The notes under the pieces are model-generated. The model worked only from the letters and a program-made list of their open reading frames with translations, did no database searches and had not been told where the DNA came from. The position numbers were made by a program, and so were the translations under genes. A DNA stretch of 60,938 bases from NCBI GenBank assembly GCA_965365475.1, contig CBDUBV010000003.1:1-60938 (forward strand). The letters are read 5' to 3'. Origin of the DNA: an uncultured Chthoniobacteraceae bacterium (GTDB lineage Bacteria; Verrucomicrobiota; Verrucomicrobiia; Chthoniobacterales; CAKUMP01). Positions 8,978-18,526 of this stretch are shown piece after piece. Position 1 is the stretch's first letter. Every line of letters starts with the position of its first letter.

Positions 8978-11900
8978 GAGGCTCTTTTTTCCTCCCGATA
9001 CTCTTCGATCGTGAGGTTGCGGAGTTGCGAGTCGCGGCCCTCGGCGTTGTGCACGAACCCCACCGAAGACACGTGCGGCTCGATCACGTGTATTTTTTGC
9101 AATGGCGTGACGATCAGCAACTGGAGGTTTAGTTTTGCAAAAAGCCGCAGTCCGTATTGCGTGGACTCATCCGATCCGCGTCCGAAGGCTTCATCGATCA
9201 CGACAAAGCGAAAAGACCGCGAGCGCACTTGACCCCATTCCAATCCAAATTGGTAAGCCAGACTCGCAGCAAGGATCGTGTAAGCGAGCTTCTCTTTTTG
9301 CCCGCCAGATTTTCCGCCCGAGTCGGAATAGTGCTCGTGCTCCGTGCCGTCCTCGCGCCACCGTTCGCTTGCCGCAAAAGCAAACCAGTTGCGCACATCG
9401 GTCACCTTCCGCGTCCATCGCTTGTCGATCTCGGTCGTTCCTTCACTTCCTCGAAACCGCTCGATGATGGCTTTCACCTGAAGAAATTTCGCTTCCGAAT
9501 ATTGGTCATCTTCCGACCCGGTGAGCGCTCCTTCCGTGCAGGCCCGGAGTTCGCTCTGAAACGCCCGGATGTCCTGGTCGGGCACAGGCGTGGCTTCGAG
9601 CACAATGTAACGAGCGGGATTGTAGTCGATCTCGATGAGCGATTGATTAATGCGCGCCACTCGCTCGCGGATTGTTTCGCGTTGCTGATTCAGATGCGCG
9701 TTGAAATTCGCAATCTCGCGAATCGTATTTTGATTCAGCAGCTTTTTAAACTGCGCCTCGAAGCGCGGAAGATCGTCGCCGCGCAAGCGCTCCAGCAATT
9801 GCCCATATTCCCCGGCAGCTTCGACAGCAGCATCGATCTCGCGCGTCTCCGCCTCAAACTCACGGCGAAATTCGCTCATCCGATTTATCAGACGATCACG
9901 CACCGTGGTGATGGATTTGTCCCGGGAATCTATCTGGCTTTGCAACCATTCTCGCGTCTCTTTCTCACGCGCATCACAGCCCTCGATCGTGATGGCCTTG
10001 TCGCCCAGCGCATCGCTGCGGATCGCGTCCAGGCGTTCCTGCAAAGCTGCCAGGCTCGCGGCATCTGTGCTGGCGATCAGCGCCCGGGTAGTGGCGAGAG
10101 CAGCGTCGTTGTTTTCCATGCGATTCTTGAGCCCGCCGATCTTCTCCGTTTCGCTCGCGTATCTGGCGCTGCCCTCTGCGATGGATTTCTCTACCACGCG
10201 CAATTTCTCATTGAGCTGGCGCAGCACGTCGGATGCGGTCTCGAGCTGCCGACGTTCCTCCTCCAACGCAGCGATCTCCGCAGCCACACTCGCCCAATCG
10301 ATCTCCCGGAACTCGCGATACTCTTCCAGCTTGGACAGCAAGCTCACGCGCTCACGCAATGCCCGCCGCTCGGAACTCGCCTTGCTCAAGCGCGCCGCAA
10401 TCCTAGCGCCTTCAGATTCAATGCGCGCTTTCTGATTTTCAAACGTGGCAATCTTTGTCTCGTTGCTCCAACCCAGGATAAACCGCGACCGATCATCGAT
10501 GCGGTGCCGGTCGTCTTTCTCGTGGCGTTCGCCCGCGCGTTTCATCTGCCCCGCCAGCGTCATGGCATGCGTCTCACGCCGAAACTGCTCGATCGTAGCG
10601 CAGCACGCCACATCGAAACGCAGCGCAAGTTCGCGCTCCATCCATTCGTAAAATGGCGAGTCAGGACGGATTTGCAGCTTGCGAACAATCGAGTCCGGAT
10701 GCAGCTCCACGCCCTCGCTCGCCGCACGCTGGCGGATTCGAAAATACACAATCCGCCCGCGCAAGTGAGTGCGGTCCACCCACTCCACCACCTTGGAATA
10801 ATGCTCATCGGCGACCAGCAAGGAGAGACCGAAATTATGCAGCAGCCGCTCAGCCGCGCCCTCCCACGCTGCATCCTCCGGGCGAATCTGCAGCAGCTCG
10901 CCAGCAAACGGCATGTCCTGGATCGGCACATGGATGGCCGCGCACAACTCTTCACGAACGGCGATTTGTTGCGACGGGATGTTGCTGCGACGCGCCTTCA
11001 AGCTGACAAGCTCTGAGTTCACCGCATCGAGTTCGTCCTGCAATCTGCGCATGCTCACCGTGTCGTCCGTGATGCGGTTCTCCAGGTCGGACTCGGCGGC
11101 TGCTCCGGCCTCTTTCCACGCAGCGATGCGATCATACTGTGCATGGAAAGCCGAAGCTTCTTGCACCATCGGCTCGTCGAGCTTCGCCACAAGTCCGGCG
11201 TAAAGGTCGGCTTTATTTTTGCGCCGGTCTCTCTCCCCGGCGCGCTCATCGATGCGAGCCGCGATGGTGGCGATGCGGTCCCCACCATTATCGGCGATCT
11301 GACGATGAAGGTCCGCCTCGTCGCGCCGCAGTGCAGTCAGCGCATCCTCGATGTCCTGGATGCGGGCAGCGTGCCGTTCGTGCTCGGAGGCAAGCGTCAC
11401 CGCACGGCCTTCCAACAACTCCAGCTTGAGCGTGGCAAAATGCGCTTCGAGAAATTGCCTCGCCCTGCGCAGTTCCTCCACCTCGCCACGCAGCTTCTCA
11501 TGCCGACCGCAATCCGCGACGATGGGCTCCAGCAGCGATACCTGGCGTTTGGCACGGAGCACCGCTGCGTGCGCCCGATCCAGATCATCGAAATGAGCCA
11601 CGAGCGCTGCGATGCGAGCTTCTACATCGAACGGCTCCAGCATGTGCCCACGCACGAAGTCGGTAAGATTGCCCACCGATTTCATGGACACCGTCTGGTG
11701 GAAAAGGTCCAATGCCTGTTCGCTTTCGATCCCAAATCTGCGACGAAACCACGAACTGTATTCCGGGAAAGTATCGAAAGGCTCCGCTTTATTCTGCCGC
11801 AGCCTGCGACGAAGTTTCGCAATGTCCGCATCGAAATCTGCGAAGTCGCCAGCGATCGAGAGATTCTGTTCCGCGCCGACATAGAATCGAGCAGGCTGGC

Positions 11901-12336
11901 CCGCTGGGTCTTTCATCCACAACACACACGCCAGGCTGATCGTCTGATCATAGCCGCTGTTATGGAACACCGCGAGGATGACGGAGAAACTATGAGCCGA
12001 CCTCAACCCCACAGGCTTCGCCGCACCCACGCCGCCCTCCGAGCGCTCGGTGCGATGATAGCCCAGCACATACGAGCGCAGGCTGCGTTCCTTGTGCTCA
12101 GCACCAGCAGCTTTGTTAAAAGCAATCCGGTTCGCAGGCACAAGCAGCGTGGTGATTGCATCGACCAGCGTTGATTTGCCAGAGCCAATGTCGCCAGTGA
12201 GAAGACAGTTGCGACCCGCCGGATGCAGCGTCCACACGCGCTGATGAAAAGTGCCCCAATTATACACCTCCAGCCGTTGCAGACGGAACCCGGTGAGGGC
12301 ATCGTCCGCCGCAAACTCAAGCATCTCCTCACTCAT
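8974..12336 (-). CDS. jetC: Wadjet JetC (SMC/MukB-like ATPase)
   Basis: FRLQRLEVYNWGTF, Walker A LLTGDIGSGKSTLVDAI, about 800 aa of coiled-coil-like sequence, signature-like DSGGKSGGQKEKLAYTILA, Walker B FRFVVIDEAFGRGSD. Start trimmed to ATG 12336 (MSEEMLEF). ATG 12324 is an alternative. Confidence 0.9.
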   Translation of the reverse strand: MSEEMLEFAADDALTGFRLQRLEVYNWGTFHQRVWTLHPAGRNCLLTGDIGSGKSTLVDAITTLLVPANRIAFNKAAGAEHKERSLRSYVLGYHRTERSEGGVGAAKPVGLRSAHSFSVILAVFHNSGYDQTISLACVLWMKDPAGQPARFYVGAEQNLSIAGDFADFDADIAKLRRRLRQNKAEPFDTFPEYSSWFRRRFGIESEQALDLFHQTVSMKSVGNLTDFVRGHMLEPFDVEARIAALVAHFDDLDRAHAAVLRAKRQVSLLEPIVADCGRHEKLRGEVEELRRARQFLEAHFATLKLELLEGRAVTLASEHERHAARIQDIEDALTALRRDEADLHRQIADNGGDRIATIAARIDERAGERDRRKNKADLYAGLVAKLDEPMVQEASAFHAQYDRIAAWKEAGAAAESDLENRITDDTVSMRRLQDELDAVNSELVSLKARRSNIPSQQIAVREELCAAIHVPIQDMPFAGELLQIRPEDAAWEGAAERLLHNFGLSLLVADEHYSKVVEWVDRTHLRGRIVYFRIRQRAASEGVELHPDSIVRKLQIRPDSPFYEWMERELALRFDVACCATIEQFRRETHAMTLAGQMKRAGERHEKDDRHRIDDRSRFILGWSNETKIATFENQKARIESEGARIAARLSKASSERRALRERVSLLSKLEEYREFREIDWASVAAEIAALEEERRQLETASDVLRQLNEKLRVVEKSIAEGSARYASETEKIGGLKNRMENNDAALATTRALIASTDAASLAALQERLDAIRSDALGDKAITIEGCDAREKETREWLQSQIDSRDKSITTVRDRLINRMSEFRREFEAETREIDAAVEAAGEYGQLLERLRGDDLPRFEAQFKKLLNQNTIREIANFNAHLNQQRETIRERVARINQSLIEIDYNPARYIVLEATPVPDQDIRAFQSELRACTEGALTGSEDDQYSEAKFLQVKAIIERFRGSEGTTEIDKRWTRKVTDVRNWFAFAASERWREDGTEHEHYSDSGGKSGGQKEKLAYTILAASLAYQFGLEWGQVRSRSFRFVVIDEAFGRGSDESTQYGLRLFAKLNLQLLIVTPLQKIHVIEPHVSSVGFVHNAEGRDSQLRNLTIEEYREEKRAS

Positions 12337-12964
12337 CGGAACCTCCGGAATCGGCCAGGTAGCGACGATACGCCTCCAATCGCTCGTCAAACTCTGCCAG
12401 CCACTGGGCATCCACAAATGCTTTGAGAATGCGACGCACTTCGTAGGAAGCGACCTGCGACGCGGTGGAGCTTTTCATTTTTCGTATAAATCCCATCTCC
12501 GCAATGCGATTGAGATGAGTTTCCACCTGGTCGGTGAGCCGGGCATCGTTGCTGTTCGCAGGAAGAAAGAGCCGCATCATTTCCGTAATCTCATCGCGCG
12601 TTACCACCAGCCTGGATTCGCCGCCCGAAGCGTCAGATTCCACCAGCTTTTTCCGCAACAACGCGATCAGCAGACTCACCGGAAAAGACAACGGCCGCCG
12701 TGGAAACAAGCGCGGGATTGCACGTGCACTTCCCGCCTCAGCTTCCTCGTTTTCGCACGAACGCAGAAATGCGTAACCCTCCGCCTCATCCAGCACCAGC
12801 TCGAGATGGAGCACCCGCACGTAATCTCGCACCCGAGCGTCGAGAGCGACAAGATCACTCCAGAGCTGACGATCATTTTCCTGGTACAGCACGCCCTTGA
12901 GCAGCGGGATGACCACCGCAGAAAGCGCAGGTTCTGCTTCGGGGATCGGCTGCGAAGAGTCCAT
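12329..12964 (-). CDS. jetB: Wadjet JetB (DUF4194, MukE/kleisin-partner-like)
   Basis: Acidic 211-aa protein: SAVVIPLLKGVLYQENDRQLWSDLVALDARVRDYVRVLHLELVLDEAEGYAFLRS is the DUF4194 pattern. Position between jetA and jetC supports the call. Confidence 0.8.
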   Translation of the reverse strand: MDSSQPIPEAEPALSAVVIPLLKGVLYQENDRQLWSDLVALDARVRDYVRVLHLELVLDEAEGYAFLRSCENEEAEAGSARAIPRLFPRRPLSFPVSLLIALLRKKLVESDASGGESRLVVTRDEITEMMRLFLPANSNDARLTDQVETHLNRIAEMGFIRKMKSSTASQVASYEVRRILKAFVDAQWLAEFDERLEAYRRYLADSGGSDE

Positions 12965-12967
12965 ATG

Positions 12968-14440
12968 TCAGCGCATCTTACTTTTTAAAAAAATCACCCG
13001 TGGCATCCGCACGGATTTTGAGAGGACGGTGCCGTCCTCGCCCGCGCTGGACCACGCAATCACGTCCTCGGCGGATTCGTCCACCGTGCTCGTGAAGGAA
13101 GTGTGAGCGAGTTCCAGATAAGCCACGATCTCCGCGAGTCCATGCTCCGGGGGCCGCGCTTCGACAAGCTGGCAGAGTGTGATTTGTTCGGTGTCTCTCA
13201 GGGTGCGTTCAATATGCGAAGTGAGCACTTTTTTGTCCACATAATGCACGGCGAAAAGTGCCGCAGCATCGATCTCCTCCCCGCTTGCGTTCACGATTGC
13301 AGCAGCCAGCGACGGTTTGAACGGAGGCGCAAACAGCCGCCGATCGAAGGGCAGCGCGATGGCAGCAGACGTATCGCCTATTTCCATAAATGCCGCATAG
13401 GGAGGTGCCGACTCACGCACAGCCAGAGCTTTGCTTTCAATGCTGCGCAGCAGGTCCATGATGCGCCGGTTCTCCAGCCATGCCTGGTCGTCCAGAAACC
13501 GGCGGAGTTGTTTCGACAGCTCCGCCACCGTGCGCTGGGTATGATCCCCCGCTTGCAGCCAATCGTAATGAACCCGTCGCAGCCGAGGGTCCGGTTCGGT
13601 GGCTGCAATCGCCGGGTGCTCCAGCACGGCGTCAAGCATCTGAGTTAGCTCGTGCTGGCGGCTGTCGGACATGAGAAAATCCCAGAATGCACGAAAACTG
13701 CGGCCCTGATCGGAATCGTCAATCGCATCTTTGCGCCCCAATATTTCATCGAGCAGCGCAGCCTTGCCGCCCTCCCAGCGTGCGATGCGTTCGCGCACCG
13801 AGCGATCCAGCAGACGGAAGTTTTGCTCAACCTCGCGGAAATCCGAGAGCAGATCACGGGCGAGAATTGTAAACTGCTGGAAGCGGTCACGCATGGCAGT
13901 GCCGTCAAACACAGCGACTTCACCGGCCAGGATTTGCGCGATCTCGGCATCGATACTTTCCCGGCGTTTTTGCAGCTCCGCGATGCGCACCTCGGGGTCA
14001 CTCTCAGACCCTACGATCAACTGCCGCAGCAGATCGAACAACAGCAGAAGTCGGGACTCCGTGCCCACGAACGTGCGCGCTTTCAGTTCGCCGAGCCAGG
14101 AGATGGCACGTTCTACAGCAGGCACGAGGTCATAGTTGGGCTCGTCTGTGCCGGGCGGATAGAATTTCCTGAGCCAGCCTTTGTCGGGCGATGCCCAATC
14201 GGTGAGGTATTCGCGGGCGGAGCGGGGGAAAGCGTCCGGGCCGAGTCGTTCACGCAAGATGAAAAGATCGTCCTCCAGAGCTTCGGCAAGGTCCGCCTCG
14301 GCGATCTGGCGCACATTGGGTTGAATAAAAATCCGATGAAGAAACGAGAGCACCAGCGGCGCATGATCCGAGCGCAGCACTTTCCAGGAAGGATGTTCCT
14401 TCTGCAGAATGCGGAGCGTATCAAAATCGAAACCGGCCAT
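12968..14440 (-). CDS. jetA: Wadjet JetA (DUF3375, MukF/kleisin-like)
   Basis: FDFDTLRILQKEHPSWKVLRSDHAPLVLSFLHRIFIQPNVRQI ... YLTDWASPDKGWLRKFYPPGTDEPNYDLVPAVERAISWL is the DUF3375 pattern. First gene of the operon. Confidence 0.85.
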   Translation of the reverse strand: MAGFDFDTLRILQKEHPSWKVLRSDHAPLVLSFLHRIFIQPNVRQIAEADLAEALEDDLFILRERLGPDAFPRSAREYLTDWASPDKGWLRKFYPPGTDEPNYDLVPAVERAISWLGELKARTFVGTESRLLLLFDLLRQLIVGSESDPEVRIAELQKRRESIDAEIAQILAGEVAVFDGTAMRDRFQQFTILARDLLSDFREVEQNFRLLDRSVRERIARWEGGKAALLDEILGRKDAIDDSDQGRSFRAFWDFLMSDSRQHELTQMLDAVLEHPAIAATEPDPRLRRVHYDWLQAGDHTQRTVAELSKQLRRFLDDQAWLENRRIMDLLRSIESKALAVRESAPPYAAFMEIGDTSAAIALPFDRRLFAPPFKPSLAAAIVNASGEEIDAAALFAVHYVDKKVLTSHIERTLRDTEQITLCQLVEARPPEHGLAEIVAYLELAHTSFTSTVDESAEDVIAWSSAGEDGTVLSKSVRMPRVIFLKSKMR

Positions 14441-14448
14441 TTATTTAC

Positions 14449-14465
14449 TTCGGAGTTCGGAGTTC
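14449..14465 (-). repeat. Tandem heptamer (GAACTCC)x2+GAA in the jetA 5' leader
   Basis: The minus strand reads ACGCGGCGAACTCCGAACTCCGAAGTAAATAA-ATG(jetA). Near-identical to the motifs at 23634 and 39262. Confidence 0.8.
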
Positions 14466-14749
14466 GCCGCGTTCGTTAGATCTTCCAGTATTGGTCGAAC
14501 TTTCGCATCAGCTCGGTGATCTGAGTGAGGTCTTGCGGCAGAGGTGGCGCGGAAAGAGAAGCTAATCGGAGTAGAGTCAGTCTGCGGAGATCTCAGTGGG
14601 ATGGTTTGGGTTGTAGGTTGATATTGCTTTGGGGTCAAGGGCGCGCTGGGCTTGGTTCCGTGTAAAATACATCCATTCGCCTGCCGAGCGAGGATTGGTC
14701 AACAATAGTGCTTGGCCAGAGGCGCTGTATTCATGTTAGATGCGGCTTG

Positions 14750-15496
14750 ATGTCTCCCAAATCCCGTAAGTCTTCAGCCGCAGTGAAACTTAAATATCGC
14801 CGCGTGGTTATCAAACTTAGTGGCGAAGCTCTCCGCGAGGTCGGCACTGGAGACAATATCTCCCCACAAATTGTTAAAAGCATCGCGCAGCAGATCAAAG
14901 CGATCAAAGAACTCGGCATTCAAGTCGCCATCGTCATCGGCGGTGGCAACATCTGGCGCGGCCTCTCTGCAAGTCATCGCGGCATGGACCGCACCACTGC
15001 AGACTACATGGGCATGCTGGCCACCGTGATCAATGGCTTGGCCATCCAAAGCCAGCTTGAGCAGCTTGGAGTCGAGACCCGCGTGCAGACTGCAATCGAG
15101 ATGAAAAATGTGGCTGAACCGTTCATCCTGCGTCAGGCAGTGCGCCATCTCGAGCTGGGCCGCGTGGTTATTTTTGTGGCTGGCACGGGCAATCCTTACT
15201 TTTCCACGGACACCACTGCCGCTCTGCGGGCCAGTGAGATTCGGGCAGAAGTCATAATCAAAGCCACCAAGGTGGATGGCATTTATGACAGTGATCCTGT
15301 GAAAAATCCGAACGCCAGGAAGTTCGAGCGTTTGTCCTTCCGCGATGCCATCAGCAAGGAACTCAAAGTTCTGGATTCCACGGCCTTTGCATTATGCATG
15401 GAAAATAATGTCCCCATCATCGTGCTCAACATGACCGAGAAAGGCAGCATTCAGCGGGCACTAAGCGGGGGCAAGGTCGGCACCCTGGTAAGTTGA
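14750..15496 (+). CDS. pyrH: UMP kinase
   Basis: [13 protein letters not shown] ... [13 protein letters not shown] ... [14 protein letters not shown] ... [22 protein letters not shown]. Start trimmed to ATG 14750. Confidence 0.95.
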   Translation: MSPKSRKSSAAVKLKYRRVVIKLSGEALREVGTGDNISPQIVKSIAQQIKAIKELGIQVAIVIGGGNIWRGLSASHRGMDRTTADYMGMLATVINGLAIQSQLEQLGVETRVQTAIEMKNVAEPFILRQAVRHLELGRVVIFVAGTGNPYFSTDTTAALRASEIRAEVIIKATKVDGIYDSDPVKNPNARKFERLSFRDAISKELKVLDSTAFALCMENNVPIIVLNMTEKGSIQRALSGGKVGTLVS

Positions 15497-15665
15497 CCCG
15501 CAGCATATCGGCCCGCCGCAGTGCCGGTGGCCAGCTTCAGGCAACGGTGTTGCATGAGGCAAACTCGCCATTTGACATCACTCATGGCCAGCACGAAACT
15601 ACTTGCTTTCCGGGGCGTTCCCTTACACTTTCCCGCCGATTCGAATTTTTGAATACCACAACATT

Positions 15666-16817
15666 ATGAAAACCAAATGGGGCGACATCCGCTGGCGCAA
15701 TCTTCTTTTCCTCAGCACCACACTTTTTCTTACCCTCACAGCTGTTCCGGTGTGGATTTTTTTCAATGGGCTCGATCTGTTTCAGATCAGCCTGTTCTTC
15801 GTTTTCTTTCTGTCGTGCGGATTCAGCATCACCTTGGGATATCACCGGCTGTTCTCGCATCTTACGTTCGACGCGAGTCGCCCGGTGAAACTTTTCACTC
15901 TCATCTTCGGCGCAGCGGCCTTCGAGGGATCAGCTTTGGAATGGTCTGCAGACCATAGGCGACATCACAAACACGTCGATCACGACGAAGACCCTTACGA
16001 CATTAATAAAGGCTTGTTCTGGGCGCATATCGGCTGGCTGCTTTTCCGCAACGGACCGGATACTCCGCTCACGTGGGTGCGCGATTTGCAAAAGGACAAG
16101 CTCGCTATCTGGCAGCATCGCTACTATGTGCCCATCGCATTCGTAGTGGGCTTTATCGTTCCTCCGATCATCGGGTTTTTCTACGGCGGATGGAATGTGG
16201 CTCTGGGCGCATTTCTCATCGCGGGTGTGGCGCGGGTGGTTTGCCTGCACCATGTCACATTTTGCATTAACAGTCTGTGCCACTGGATCGGGGATCGTCC
16301 GTATTCCAAGCGATGCAGTGCTCGCGACAGCATTCTGATGGCCGTGTTTACTTTCGGTGAAGGCTACCACAATTATCACCACGAGTTTCAGTATGACTAC
16401 CGCAACGGCGTGAAGCCCTGGCAGTTTGACCCCACCAAATGGATCATCTGGACTTTGAGCAAGTTGGGGTTGGTAAAGAAATTGCGCACTGTGCCACAGG
16501 AGCGCATTCTCAAAGCTCAGATCGCAGAGCAGGAACGGGAGTTGGAAGACCGGCTCAAGGCAGGCAACGTGGCCCTTTCCGATTCTCTGGGGCAGATGTT
16601 GCTCACTGCCCGCACGGGAGTGAACGACGCGGTTGCGCGCTGGGAGACCAAGCTCTCTGAATACCAGGATGCGGTGCGTCGCACCGGCGAAGCCTCACGC
16701 GCCATGCGCAAGCAACTCAAGCGCGAACTCCAGCACTCTACGCGCGAGTTGCGCGAAGCTTTCGAGCACTGGATGCATACGCACCAGATGATCTCGACGC
16801 AGATCGTCACGGCGTAA
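15666..16817 (+). CDS. Acyl-CoA (delta-9-type) fatty-acid desaturase with C-terminal helical extension
   Basis: Three His boxes (HRLFSH, HRRHHKHVD, HNYHHEF) and four TM segments. Start trimmed to ATG 15666 (MKTKWGDIRW). Confidence 0.85.
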   Translation: MKTKWGDIRWRNLLFLSTTLFLTLTAVPVWIFFNGLDLFQISLFFVFFLSCGFSITLGYHRLFSHLTFDASRPVKLFTLIFGAAAFEGSALEWSADHRRHHKHVDHDEDPYDINKGLFWAHIGWLLFRNGPDTPLTWVRDLQKDKLAIWQHRYYVPIAFVVGFIVPPIIGFFYGGWNVALGAFLIAGVARVVCLHHVTFCINSLCHWIGDRPYSKRCSARDSILMAVFTFGEGYHNYHHEFQYDYRNGVKPWQFDPTKWIIWTLSKLGLVKKLRTVPQERILKAQIAEQERELEDRLKAGNVALSDSLGQMLLTARTGVNDAVARWETKLSEYQDAVRRTGEASRAMRKQLKRELQHSTRELREAFEHWMHTHQMISTQIVTA

Positions 16818-16840
16818 GAGGTGCCGAAGCGATATTTTCC

Positions 16841-18337
16841 TTAGGCTCCGAAGACTTCCAGGTAGGGTCGATCAGGGTCCGTGCGCAATGTCCACTCGAG
16901 AAGCTGGAGTTGCAGCGCTGAAGTGATGTCTGCATAGCGCGGATCGCCATAGAGGTTTTCCATTTCAAATGGGTCTTCCGCCACATGGAACAGCTCGTTG
17001 CCACCGGTCTCTCGAACGACGAGTTTCCATTGATTTGTCCGCACCATTTTGCATCGCGCCATGGCATCGGGACACTGCTGGTAGGTGAGCTGTTTGCCAC
17101 CGGTCTTTTTGATTTTGCGTCCGTGGCGTTCGTCCCAAACCTCATGCGAGAACCGGGCCCGCATGGCCTCTTCGTGGCCGCCATCGGCAAATACCGCTCG
17201 TTTGCCAGAAGCACCGGCCAACATCGGCAGCATCGAGGTGCCGTGCCACACCCACGAAGCAGGCTTGGTGAGCCGGAGATAATCCAGGATAGTAGCGGGC
17301 AGATCGACATGCTCGCTCAGGCCAGCCAACCGCAAGCCGGCAGGCACTCCAGGCCCAGCCAGGATAAATGGCACGTGCAACAGGCAGTCCTGCAATGAAG
17401 CGTCCCATTTCTCATTGATCCCATATTGCCCTGCATAGTCGCCGTGGTCCGATGTAAAGACGATCAGCGTGTCCTCCACAAGACCCTGCGCCTCCAGCGA
17501 CTGCAACACCTGACCCACCAGGTCGTCGATGAAGCAAATCATCGCGTAATAAACCGCCTGTATCTCCCTAAGCGATTCCGGAGCAATGCTCTCACCAAGG
17601 CGCCATGTGCGCTGGGCACGCAGAGGCAGGCTGGCGCCTTTTGGCAGGGAATGAGGAAATGGAGAGATCGTAGCGGGATCGATGCGTGAGTAGTAAGGCT
17701 CGTGAATTTCGTAATCCGGATGTGGTTTGCTCAAATTAAGTTGAAGGAAAAACGGCTTGTGCGGATCGCGCAATTTTTCCAAAAACAAACACGCTTGGTC
17801 CGCGCGGTTTTCATCGCAGAACTTCGTCCTGCTCCCCGAGCACAGCCCGATGAAATCCACTTCCGCCAGCGCATCGATATGGGGCCCGGTGCGGGGCGTG
17901 GCGTCAGGGTATGCTCGTGGACGCATGGCGATCTCTGCCAAAGGTCCCTTGGTAAAGGAAGTGTAATCCACCACACCTGCGCCGCGTTCATTAGCAAGAT
18001 TTTTGGCTCCGTAAAACACAGACTCCTGCCAGACATGGTTCAGCCCCAGGACAGCAGTTTCGTAGCCTTGCTCTCGGAGAAACTCACCCAGCGTGGGCAC
18101 GCCCGCTGGGAGATGATTTGCCGCCATGACCGTGCGCAGCCCATCGGTATGCGTATAGCGTCCGGTGTGCATGGCACAGCGGGAAGGCACGCACTTGGGA
18201 AATGGAACAAAATGATTTTCCAAAACTGTCCCGCGTGCAGCCAGCGCATCGAGGTTCGGCGTGGGCACATCCGCATTGCCCATAAAGCCCACGCTGTCGG
18301 CACGCATCTCGTCCGCAGTAATTAAAAGGATATTCAT
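16841..18337 (-). CDS. Sulfatase (formylglycine-dependent), no signal peptide
   Basis: MNILLITADEMRAD ... CVPSRCAMHTGRY (C-x-P-x-R motif) ... VFTSDHGD. Confidence 0.85.
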   Translation of the reverse strand: MNILLITADEMRADSVGFMGNADVPTPNLDALAARGTVLENHFVPFPKCVPSRCAMHTGRYTHTDGLRTVMAANHLPAGVPTLGEFLREQGYETAVLGLNHVWQESVFYGAKNLANERGAGVVDYTSFTKGPLAEIAMRPRAYPDATPRTGPHIDALAEVDFIGLCSGSRTKFCDENRADQACLFLEKLRDPHKPFFLQLNLSKPHPDYEIHEPYYSRIDPATISPFPHSLPKGASLPLRAQRTWRLGESIAPESLREIQAVYYAMICFIDDLVGQVLQSLEAQGLVEDTLIVFTSDHGDYAGQYGINEKWDASLQDCLLHVPFILAGPGVPAGLRLAGLSEHVDLPATILDYLRLTKPASWVWHGTSMLPMLAGASGKRAVFADGGHEEAMRARFSHEVWDERHGRKIKKTGGKQLTYQQCPDAMARCKMVRTNQWKLVVRETGGNELFHVAEDPFEMENLYGDPRYADITSALQLQLLEWTLRTDPDRPYLEVFGA

Positions 18338-18526
18338 AACGGAACGATTTGCATGCGGAACAGTTACTTTACGCCCAGTGTGGCTGGCGACAAAGAATCA
18401 GCCTGGTTGTCCTGGGTGCTGTCCCATCGGCGATGGCTCCCATCGCAGTGCGTGCGGGGTTGGCGGTTGCGCATGGGTCGGAATCGCCGTATAAACGCCA
18501 ACCCCGCCCTATCCACCACCGGCTTT

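Noticed and set aside
9157-11016. 619-aa plus-strand ORF inside the jetC region
   Set aside because: It is antisense to a gene with unmistakable SMC/JetC motifs. The sequence is Arg/Leu/Ala/Pro-rich low complexity, typical of shadow ORFs in high-GC DNA, and has no motifs.
14441-14638. 65-aa minus-strand ORF ending exactly one codon before the jetA ATG
   Set aside because: It has a TTG start, Pro/Thr/Ser/Arg-rich composition and no motifs, and it spans the heptamer repeat. It is more likely untranslated jetA leader or promoter DNA. It could still be tested as an upstream ORF by ribosome profiling.
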